Shown: piece after piece, positions 38,688-50,093 of the stretch
How positions within the stretch are numbered: position 1 is the stretch's first letter
Layout: every line of letters starts with the position of its first letter
DNA from: Chlorokybus atmophyticus
Taxonomy: Eukaryota; Plantae; Mesostigma and Chlorokybus algae
Assembly (NCBI GenBank): GCA_009103225.1
Contig: RHPI01002503.1
Location: 498,202 to 562,201 of the forward strand
Length of the DNA stretch: 64,000 nt
Reading direction: 5' to 3'
Program-made: the position numbers and the translations under genes
The notes under the pieces: generated by a model
Told to the model about the DNA's origin: nothing
The model's database searches: none
Seen by the model: only the letters and a program-made list of their open reading frames with translations

Positions 38688-39910
38688 CAGAAACTAATGC
38701 ACAGCAGCTATTGAAACTGGCTGCTGCGCACAATGCATGCATGCGCAGCAGTGTGGTACTTACACTGCAATGATTAGCTGGAGACCAATCTAACAAAGCT
38801 CCATAACTATCAACTACCAAGTACCTGCACAGAGCCTGCTGGGCACAAAGACGGGACACGGTTCTGCGCTTCCCCCTTTTTCATCACATTCTGAAAAGCT
38901 TCCAGCACGTCGGAGAATGACAACGCCGCCACAAAGGCCGCGGCAAAAAGCGAAGCGAATATAGTCACTTCAACCTGCGACGCCCCAAAGTGCAGAAAAT
39001 GCTTTACAACGGCAGAGAGACACAATGTTCATTTACAAAAAACAGTACATGCAGAAGCTGTCATGCAGGGACATCTTGACACGCAGTTAAACATCAATTG
39101 AACACGCAGCACAAGAGTTGGTGTTTCTACTTCTTTCCGTCTTCGGCCATTATGTGCATGCTTTGATGTGAATACAAGTTGCACAACGCAGATTGTTCTT
39201 ACCGTTTCTAGGAAGGACAGGCGCGGTTTGATGCCATGCACGACGTCAACGGCGAGCGCCCCAACCAGGCCAGCTTTCAGCCCTATGGTCAGGGGTCGTA
39301 TGACCTCCTTAACAGAGGCGTCCGCCGAGGCAAACGCCTGCAGCCAAGACGATGGGGCCTTAGCCTGCGTTGATGATGGTGGTCGTGCACCTCCTCCGCC
39401 TGCACCACCACCGCCGCCTCCGCCGCCAGCACCGCCTGCTCCGCCGACGTCCACAGCTGCCAGGGCCTTCTTCGTCGCCGCCCTGCCTGGCCTGCTGGCC
39501 GGCGGCGGCGGCGTCATGCTCATGCTCGTGCTGTGCCGGCATGTTGTTGCCGACCTTGGAGGCAACGCCGTCAACAAGGGCCGGCCGCTTGTGCTGCACA
39601 CACTGGCTGCACACAGCAAGCGCAAGCAAAGGCGGCATCATTAGCACACTGAGACCACAAGTCTAGCTAGTGCTTATGTTTGAGACTGAGACTTGGCACC
39701 AACTGTCCACATTGCGCGTGCACACTGCATGCAGAATTCTATCCCGCTTGGTAAGGTTGCCTTCGGGTAATTACCTCCCACGCTTGTCGCCACCCTTGGA
39801 GCCAAGGAGCAGCGTTGCGGCGGCAGGCCAGACAACGTTGCTGAGCTGGCCACCGCGATTGCGGCGGCGCAGCGACTGAGACCGCTCGAGGATGCCATCA
39901 CCGACGCCAT
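38339..39910 (-). CDS. Hypothetical protein, putative plastid transit peptide and two hydrophobic segments
   Basis: Four exons with GT-AG ends: MASVMASSSGLSRCAAA...; ...IGLKAGLVGALAVDVVHGIKPRLSFLET; VEVTIFASLFAAAFVAALSFSDVLEAFQ...; ISVKRG...SIDLFRL*. Confidence 0.65.
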
Positions 39911-42576
39911 CGCCAACCGACAACGCTGGGCGTAGAGATTGTAAAAGCAGCGTTTTTGCTGGTGACTCCGCCGACGACGCCACCGCCAACACCAACGCCG
40001 TTGAAAACAACGGCGGCGACGACGACGGCCCTGCCCTGCGTTCTAGTGGCCAGAAAAAGTCGCTGCGAGTGTGTGTCACATTGGCGAGTCGTCCGTACGC
40101 GGTGAATGCGGTTGGCGAATGATGGCAACGCAAATTTGAATAAAGGGAAAGAAAGGGCGAGTCGCTTCATCCATTTCAACGGGCACAGTCCCTATTAGCA
40201 CGTAGGGCGCTTCCGTGCCTTTTGACTGACCTTCCGTTATACATCCTTCCATAAAGTGGGCAATTGAATTCTACTTCAGAGAAGTAGCGCAATCCTCATA
40301 CATGTCATGACTTGGAGGCCATGCATGCCCTTATGTGATTGTTAAGTTTTTGTTGTAGAGCTGATTCATGTGATTACATATCTTACACGCAAGTTTCGTA
40401 GGAAACTCAATTATTAGTCGAACAGAAACTTTTTAAACAACGTGCATTGTTTGCAAGCAGATATTTGCAATTGAGGCAATATAAACGGGGCAGCTCAATA
40501 AGCAAAGTACTACATGGTAATATCAACAAGAATTGAATATTATTATGAAACCTTTCACAACTTGCCCAATTTATCCTACAGTGTCCCCCTTCTATATGAT
40601 ATTTTATACGTTATACAATTGCCGCTTTAGAGCTTCATCTATACATCTTGCCTGATATCCTTGTTTGGTATCACGTCACTGCAATTGATTTGCAATTGGC
40701 CACAATTGCATAACGGTATGTAATCTCAGCATATTTTCATGAGATCGATGTACATAACAAGTATATCAGTTGCAAACAAGCAACTCTTACGAAAAGGGCC
40801 AAATGCACAGCAAACACACACACATCAACATACCCGTAACTATGACATGCCACAATGCGCGACCCAAGACACGGAGTATGTCCGGCAAGGCAGGGTTTAA
40901 GGCGAGGGCGAAGGGAGGCAACAAGCAGGGGAGAACCACCTGTAGAGTGCAGGGAGAGGGCGAAGAGGTTGGGCACGTGCGTGTTGCCACCAGCAGCCAT
41001 GACAAGACGAACAGAACGGAAAGCACGGACAAGACGCCTAGAAAGCTTGCCCCCTATGCTTTTTAACCCGCAACTGTTGCCTTATGGCCGCCACAGCTGC
41101 ACTGGTCTTATCATATATACCTTGAGCTCGGGGCGTATGCTTATACAGGCATTGCATAGTACAAATGCTTGCAAGGGGCTAACGGCATTTGCAAATGTGA
41201 CGCATCATGTGACATACATGCTTTTGCGTGTGTGGTGCATGTTAACTTTATATCTGTTACATTGATCAATCTACACGTTATTTACGAGTTTTTTGGGGAT
41301 GTGTGTTAATATGTTGGTATATTTAAGTACAACATTCATGTGAGTATAACATAATTGCAGAATGCACGTGATTGCCTAGAGCTTGGGTTAGATCTATGTT
41401 GAATAGATTACATCAGACATTGAACATTAATATGCAAGTCACATCTTTTGCATTATTGACATGCGCTTTTTCACATGCAAGTTAACAACCAAAGAGTTGG
41501 ATAAATAAGCGTACCTGCAGCATGCGCTTGTATAACCAATGTGCAATGAAGCGTCGGATGTTAACCCTTGAACTATAATTGGCGAGAAGCAACCTCAGTT
41601 AAGCAACATATGCGCGCAGATCGACAAAAATGGCTATACATCAAGTCACTTGATGTAGAGCATGCATGCGGCATGCATGCTTATCAATAATGTGGCCTAT
41701 AATACCAACTGAGGGCCCTTGGTCTGGACAAGCTTATGGCAGCATTTTTGTATGATGCCGGCTATGAGTTACTTGACTGGAGAGAAGGAAAGAGGACAAC
41801 CGAATATGTGCATCCATGACATTGAGGTCTATGTTTGCTACTCAAGCCATTCCTTAAGCGCACTCACCCAAAGTCCAAGCGTGTCACAACGCTGCTTGCC
41901 CAATATTCATTCACAATTCGTTGAGAGGATTATTCAAGAAGCACACACTAGCAAACAGCCAGATTGTTTTATGATACACTAGTATGCAACATCGTCACAC
42001 CAAACAGCACATTCTGACTGGTCTCGGCTCTGCACACACCGCTACACCCTAGGTTGCACGCTCCCAACCAACCAGACTACGCGACACAGACATCTGTTTC
42101 TTGTACCATTGCTATGCAGATATGTTTATTATACGTAGGGCAGAGGCTAGTCGTTATCGTTGTTATCGTCGTCGTTGGTATTGTCGCCATTGTCCTCCAT
42201 TTGCCTGCCTGCCAGCGCCGTCCTAACGTCAGCCTTTGCCAGCCTCTGCCAATCTACAGGTGGTTGGGCGGAATCTTGGGCCGCTACTGCCTGCCTGCCT
42301 GTCCTTGCACATATGTTCTCAAGTCTAGCTCCCTTAGCGCTCATTGCTTGCCTTGTTGTTGGTTATTCGTGTGCCTGTTTGCTGTGTACGTTGCTATAAT
42401 TTAATGGCCCCTCTATTTTACCCCATATAGTTACTGGCGCGTAAGCAAGCAAAGACCCCACAACTGATGGAGTGTCCACCTATAGATGCTGGGCAGCTCA
42501 AAATCCATTATCACTCACCAGCTCAACCAAGCAGTTCTGCAAATGTTTGCACACATCAGCAGACTGAACAAGATAT

Positions 42577-45500
42577 TCACATCTCAACGTGGGTGGGTTC
42601 TAGTTGGTTTTGATCATGGACAATGTCTGTGTCTGGCACTGGGCCTGTACAAGCTGGGTCTGAGTATGGTGTAGTGTTGCTGGTAACTTGCACAGCATTA
42701 TAATCAGCACCTGCAACGGCCTGCAACAGTCTGTGCTTGCGCACAGGCTTACTAATGACTTGCCAGCCTTCGCCCCAGGTGAGCACCTGCAAAGTCATAC
42801 ATTCTTGGGTCTTCACTCAATGATGGTCAGGTTGATGGACAGTGTGTGATTGGCAGTAGTCCGTTGCACGTGTGAGGCTAGCCAGACTAGCCATAGCTCT
42901 TATTCTGATAGTTTTGCAACAATTGCATCATGGTTGCTCGGTCACATTGACAGTGCAGAATGCATCAGGTAATATGTACCTCTTGCTTCAACTGCACGGT
43001 GGGCAGAGCGACTGTGAGCACCAGGCTTGTTCCAGTTGGACCATCATCTCTCCGGCGCAGCTGGATGCCAAACTTGCGCAGTGCCGCCTTCTGCTTGTCA
43101 TCTTTTAGTGATGGCAAGTCCAGCACCGCAGCGGCAAATCGCATCCTCCGGTTTTTCCGGTGCGAAAGGAATTCGTTCATGGAACTGTACACCGATGAGT
43201 GATAGCCCGCGCTCACAAGGTATGTGGCAAAGACATCAGCGATGGCCCTGCTGGCATGAACAACGGCAACCTGTGGACGTTTACTGGTGTGCGTGTCTGA
43301 GCCGTCAGGATTGTGAGCGACAGTCTTGAACACCACTGACGCCGGTAGCGCTGGTAGCGGTAGAGTTTGTGGTGCAGAGCTGGCTACAGAAAGTGTTACA
43401 CACAGATAAAAGGTAGAGCCCTCTCCAAACTTGCTTTCAACTCCCATACGTCCGCCCATCAACTCTGCCAGCTGCCATACAAGTTGGAAAAGTTATTCGG
43501 ACGAACAACATAGTTGTTGGGAGTGCTGGTATGAACACGCACAAAGTGATTACAAGACGTGTAACAGAAACCTGGTTGCAGATGGCTAGCCCTAGACCAA
43601 TGCCCTCAAAGCGCCTGCTTGACGAGCGATCAACCTGCCATCCAACTTCAGTGATTTGCGCTAGGTACATACATCAGTGATTGACACTTGCCAGCTATGC
43701 TTCTACGTCAGGCGAACTGACCTGCTCAAACCTGTTGAACAACCTTTGAAGGTCTTCAGTCCTGATCCCAATGCCTGTATCTTGCACCTGCGCAAAGTCA
43801 TGGGTTTGACACAGAGAGATGCCGGCCAGATGGTCATTGTGCATGTGAAGCCAATGCACCCAATGAAATGCAGCACACAGTACTGGACCTCCAGGGGCGG
43901 TTACAACAACAAGCAGGCATGCTGCCTACCTCCAAGCGCAGATGTACAACATTGTTTTCTCTGGGCCTTGCTTCACATACGCGGCACACAATCCAACCAG
44001 TGGACGTGAATTTGACAGCATTTGACAACAGGTTTGAAAGGATCTGCCATGCAATCAAAGAGCGTCATGCGTAGTGCAGTTTACAACTTCAACCAGGTCA
44101 ACTACCACAATGGCATGCATGGTAAAGGGCACCTGGCGCAGCCTGCCGGAGTCTCCTAAAAGAAATGGGGGGATAGACGGATGTACCAAGCATGCGACTT
44201 CAACACCCTTTATAAATGCTTTGGATGCAAATGTATCTACACAATCTTCAACCAGCTCCTGTAAAACGACAAGTGAGACCTCGATGTCACCAGAATCATG
44301 TGGGTTCCGGTACCTGTAGGTTGAACTCATCCGTTTCCAGCCGCAACTGCCCTGTCTCAATGGCCCGGTGATCAAGTATGTCGCTGATGAGCGACAGCAG
44401 AGACTCCGCAGACTTCTGTACAATGTTGCAAAACTCCCTCTGCAGTCGACTTGTAAGCAGTTGCTCGAGTGAGCGCTAAGAAGCATTCGGTGGGCATGAG
44501 CTTACCTGCTCATCTGACAGCTCTGTGTCTTTGAGAACTTGGGTAGCAGAAAGGATATGGTTGAGCGGCTCACGTATCTCCTGGTTAAAGTTGAGCAGTA
44601 AATTGTTCTTGGCTTCGTTGGCTGCCTCCAATTCCTTTATCTTTTGCTTGCCGGAGGTGACATTTCTGATGCATACATCTATTAGTTGTTGGTTGAGGTC
44701 ATGTCAAGCAGGGAATTGACTAGATTGACTACCTTGCTGGTACAAGCTCATTGAGGCATTGCTGCAACATGCACACAAGCTTCTACATACAAACCAACCC
44801 ACCAAGGCATGCGCACCTGCAAATGCCAACTACGGCGGCTGCCTGTCCTGTGCGCGTCAGGTAGGGTGTGTACACTGAGTCGTACAGCCATTTCTCCCCA
44901 AGCTCCTCATTCATCACCTCGTGCACGACAAACACCTTCTCCTTTGAACGGAATGCCTCTCGCACACAACTGCCGCGAATACACAACTTGAAAGTCAGGG
45001 GGAACGCTACGATGTGCTCAGATGCGAGTGTGACAGTTGATGTACGAAGCCGAACGTTTGGGACTAGTTCTTGGGCTGATGGTGTCACCAAGAACGCATA
45101 TGCAAGAAGGCTCTTCAAGCTGATGTGCATGAGCATTGCCAGAACGCAACAGTTGAGTACACTAGTCAACAGATGATGTTGTGGAAGCCTGTTCACCTGT
45201 CTACCTGCACGGCTGCCTGTTTGCCAAGCAAGGTGGAGTTTGTGCGCCCGAGCACATCTTCAACCTCCCTTTTGAGAAGGCGTGCTCCAGTTTCATTGAT
45301 GAAACAAACACGCAAATCGCGCGTGTACAGGACAAAAATATCCGTGGTCGCATCGAGAAAATCACTAAACGTGGACTCTTCAGCTACCTAGACATGAACG
45401 ACTAAGTCACGCAAGCACAACAATGAAACAAACAAGAACAAGTTGAAAGCCCTCGCCCATGTTACCTCTTGTGTTAGGTCTGCTAGTGACTGCAGCACCT

Positions 45501-47178
45501 TTTGTACATCCACCAGCCGGAACCAAAGCTGGACACAATGTCAGTCAGCGCATGGTGTGAGACACAGCCCACGGGACCAAGATGTCACGCGTCCCACCTG
45601 AAGGATGAACAGCAGTAGGGGCACTATTGCAACCTCCGGACGGTGGTACTCAAATCCGTAAACCATGCTGATCACTGAGAGCGTCAACCCGAGAGAGCCT
45701 TCTACTACTCCCAACCAGCCTTCACGAACTTTGCGCATGGCTCGAAAGACCTGCGGAGCAATGTCAAGGGTTATGCTGGAACCAATCATAGTGCAATTGC
45801 TACTACTCATAGCAATGCACTGTGAACGTTATTGGGAAGTATAGCCACGGTAAGGGTAGTAGTGAGCAGTCTGAACTGCTACAAGCATTGCGCACGCACA
45901 TCACCTCTTCTTCAAATGGTACGGCAAAGCCTGTATAGCGATGTGCGTCAGCTGTGCCTTCTGCATAACGTGGTGGCGGCTGCTGTAACAGCAGCTGCCG
46001 CAACTGTCGCTGCCGTTTTGCGCTTTTTACCTGTGGCAGCATCACCAACCATCACTGTGCTGATACCACGGAGGCAACATTAGACACCTTTCTTGATGTG
46101 TGCTGCTTGATAATGACATGCGGCATGCTGCAAGGTCCACCTAAATGATCTTAAAGCATGCTGTTACAGGCAAACTGCCTCTGCGATAAAACATGTTAGA
46201 ACATAAATTCACTCAACGAACTAGCCTGCTTGAGTTACCTTGTCGGTGATCGCAAGCATGTCTGAACAGGCTCTGTAAAAGGTGTCACGAATATCTGGGC
46301 CGCAGAGGAGCTCATACACAAGCATATCATCGTCAAAGCCTCCTGCATAAACATTGTCGGGCAGTGATGATGTGCTCTCATGCTCTCGTGCCAAGCTGCA
46401 TGTTGTTTGTTCAAGCACAGCTCTGCGCACCATCCAGTGCCTCCTCCGCAGTCGGACCGTGTGCGCTGTCCTTGTTGGCTGCAGCAGTTGAAATCTGGCA
46501 TCTGACTTTGTGATGCGAAGGGTGGAAACATGCACTCTCATGTGTTGCATGAAAAGTACGCCGATAGCGGCATGCTTGAGTGGTAGCTTGTTGAAGTTCT
46601 CTAGCTCCTGTTGTAGGGCCATGTGACTGGGTTATTAACCTGAGCAAACTGATTGGTGCTGCGCATTGCTGGCAGGAGAGCCTGGCAGACTTCTTGGATT
46701 GCAATGTTGGCTTGTATGTCTGTAAGCATACTCGTGTTCAATCACGCATGCAATGCTGACATCATGTAGAAAGCGCAAACTTGACTTGAGTGGTTTGAGA
46801 TGACGCATCCAACATGGCCCACAACAGGTGACGACGGACAGCAACTGGAGTGTACATACTGACTTGAGGAACTGCATTGCATGCAGACAGTGCAGTTCGC
46901 GTCGCGTGCACCTGGCACGTAACGAGAGAAGTAACTGGTTGCACGTATAGCTTCAGCATCCAGCCTTGACATCATATAGCTCAGACTCTAGCAAGCTGCA
47001 CACTACTTGCACCTGCAGCAGTGGTACCAGCGACATCCCAGCATTTGCGCAGACGCCATCGCCTCCTCCTCCTGCCGTCGCCACCGAACCTTGGCCTGCT
47101 CACAGGTGCTAACACTCGCCTTAACCAGCTCACCACAGCAACGACAGGCGCACCGACGCCTCCGCCGCCCGCCTCCAT
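42577..47178 (-). CDS. Hybrid sensor histidine-kinase-like protein: TM - PAS/PAC - HisKA (His to Gln) - HATPase_c - degenerate receiver; 5' and 3' exons uncertain
   Basis: FLDATTDIFVLYTRDLRVCFINETGARLL (PAS); GICRNVT (PAC end); ANEAKNNLLLNFNQEIREPLN (H-box); GDSGRLRQILSNLLSNAVKFT; DTGIGI; LFNRFEQ; GIGLGLAI; MGGRMGVES..GEGSTF; AAVLD...KPVRKHRL. Confidence 0.9.
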
Positions 47179-47269
47179 CCAGCAACACCTACGCCATGCT
47201 ATGCTCAGGCCAAGCTAAGACTCACTGGTAAGTTTGCTGCTGTACAAGTGACTGCACGGCGGCGGGCGC

Positions 47270-48075
47270 ATGGCGGAGGTGAGGCAGGCGTACAGGACCG
47301 TGCTCAAGGTGGTGGACCGCCACATTACGGGGGTGACGGGCAACCGCAGGTGGCGCGACTACGTGCGGGAGGAGTTTCGCAAGCAGCAGCAGGAGGCAAA
47401 CAGCAGCACGAGCACCGTTGAACAGAAGCTGCAGCTAGCCAGAGACTACGTCAGGCTTGTCACCGACGTGCACGCCCAGAAGGTTTGTTGGCATTGGCCA
47501 GCTTGCTGCGTCTGACCTATGGCAGACTGATCATTGGTTGCATGCTTGGACCACTGTCGTAAACATCGCTCCGTGGTATTAACTAGCAGGATTAAGCTCC
47601 GACTGGTTTTGTGTTTGAAAGCCTCTCAGCAATCGTTAGCGAGGGCTAGCGTGTCAGTCAATTCGATTATCAACACGTTCACACAGTATCGCAACTAGCA
47701 TGGCCAACATGTTTGAGTAGTCGTCTTGATTACTACTTGCTTGTCTGCTCCGTCAAGCGCAACGTGACCCTTGCTACACATGAGTAGAGGGTTTGGCTGG
47801 CACTGTTTATTACCCACGGCACTGTGAATACGTAGCACAACACTTAATCTTGAGTGGTCCAGTTCATGCTGCTGTGTCTCATGTTGCCTTGGAACGTCAG
47901 GGAGTGCAAACATTGTCATCCGGCGTCACCTGTGTGTGGTTGCATGCAGGATCTGCTGATCTCTTACAACATCACCACGTCCATGGGAGCGTCGCGACAG
48001 CAGGTACTGCAGCGCAGTGCTGCGCGCGTAGGTCTGCAATTACCAGTACAACAGCAACATGAAGAATCTAGTTAG
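47270..48075 (+). CDS. LYR-motif (Complex1_LYR family) small mitochondrial protein; two exons
   Basis: MAEVRQAYRTVLK...YVREEFRK...KLQLARDY...VHAQK|DLLISYNI...LQRSAARVGLQLP; resembles plant LYR proteins. Confidence 0.85.
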
Positions 48076-50093
48076 TAGTTTGTATAGCTGTTAGACGCCG
48101 TGACGAACTGTATACTGTGAGCTAGGCTTCCAGGCCAGTTGGTACAGCTGGCATGTGTTGTTGGCATGTAGTGTTTCGGACAGAAGGAGATGTCACAGAA
48201 GCATTGTGACGCAGGTTGCTGCCAACTCTTCATGCAATGATTATCACTTATATATATGGCTATGCTAGCGCTGTCAGTGTAAAGTGTTGATGTCCAGCCA
48301 GACCATGATGGTGCACATTGACATTTTTGTATGTGTCAATATGGTGAATACAAATCATAGAGGTTGCATGCTCGGTTGCAGATAGTACCCAACCTCGCGG
48401 CAGCTTATCTTCCCTCAACACGCTATTCCCCTTGGTATACACAGTAGTTGGGCCTTTATGTTGGTTGTTGCGCAACTATCCAATGATACCCACCGTCTTT
48501 CTCAATTTGATTGCGCATAGTCATTCCATGCATGTATAAAGTGTAAGTCAAGCGTGTTAAACAAGCTCACGGTTTATCGCAAACAATTTAACCGATGGCA
48601 CAGCATGTGGTATGATACATCCTCATGCCGTTGAGTGCTCTCATATAAATTTTATCATAAATGCGCATTGTATAAGAATAACGTTAACCAACGGTAGAGT
48701 CGCTCAACAAGCGAACTCAAGCAAAAGGTCATAATGCGGACAAATGCAATTGCATCAGCAAAACAAGCAGTAAGCATATATTACACGGGGGATTATGTGA
48801 CTTGTTAACATGAATATTGAATGTAATGCATTCACGCACCTTTTCTACCATCGTACGCGTGTGATGTTTACAAGGCATGATGCTTCAAATGAAATGTTAT
48901 GCATCTGATGACATTCGTTATGTTGTATAACGTGTACAATTATATGTCATATGGATGCGAGTTGCATGTGTACCGTCAGTACTATGTTCATAGAAGTGGA
49001 ATCAATTGCATTTGTGCATCACACATCAGGGAGTACCCATCATATCACCGTGTTTGTACAAGCTGATAGTCATCAACATTGCGGACTATTGAGCAATTGC
49101 ATGGGTGTTACACGAATGCATTGATGATGAAAAATAAGACGCATAATGTATATACATAAAACATCTTATAAACATTCTATATGTTGATCATGTGCTGCAA
49201 TTTCATGTGTCTCAATAAAACTCATGACGACTTTAACAGTCCTTACAGCAATGAATGCATATAGTCCACTCACATGTAATATCTGAGGGCTGTTCCCTAA
49301 AATGTGACTCATCATATTGCAACTGTTGCCGTCACATTATAATTAGGTTGATATGATGCACCGCAGATGCAGGATACATGCAATGGACCGACCAATCACA
49401 TCAAACAAGCAAGCAAGTACCCCGTTATTATGACAAGGCCTTGCAACATACGTATACACATAGATTACTCAAATATTCACATAACTCGAGGGTGAGGCCA
49501 AGTTGCCTGGTCCGCTGCAAATTTATAAAAAGCAACAACTTGAGAGTCATGATTTGGGAGTCACAAGCTGTGATAGGCATAATTGTTGGGTTTTGCAGCA
49601 TGTGCATTGGCTCAAATTGGGATTAGCCCAATGCACAATTGCGCTGGTACCTGTTTCATGCGCAGTATTCTTGTTTGCAGTGATCCGCTACTGCCTATTG
49701 CCTTGCCCAAGGAACTTTCCCCCAGGCGTGTCGTTGTCGGCAGACTTTGGTACAAAGTCTTGTTTCAACTACACAGCGACACCGTCACTGCAGGAAGCGC
49801 CGCAGTCGACTGGAAGAAAGTTTGCGTGCCTTTTCAGAAGTTGTTCGCGAGAAACTAAACTGTTCGTGCGTACAGCAAACCCTAAAGAGCGAGCACGCTA
49901 CAAGCACTGGCTTCAACGAGCAGCGTCAAGCTGGTCAGCCCGAGCCCACCCGCAGCGGCGGCGGCGGAGGAGGAGGTGGAGGACGTGGAGGGCTGTTCCG
50001 TGCCTCACAGTGAGAGTGGATCAGTCGGTGCTCGCTCTTTCTCACTAGCTAGCACACAGGGAGGGGGGGCGCCCTCCCCTCTAGGAGGCCAAG

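Noticed and set aside
45181-45405. Protein-like plus-strand ORF
   Set aside because: Antisense to the PAS exon of the kinase.
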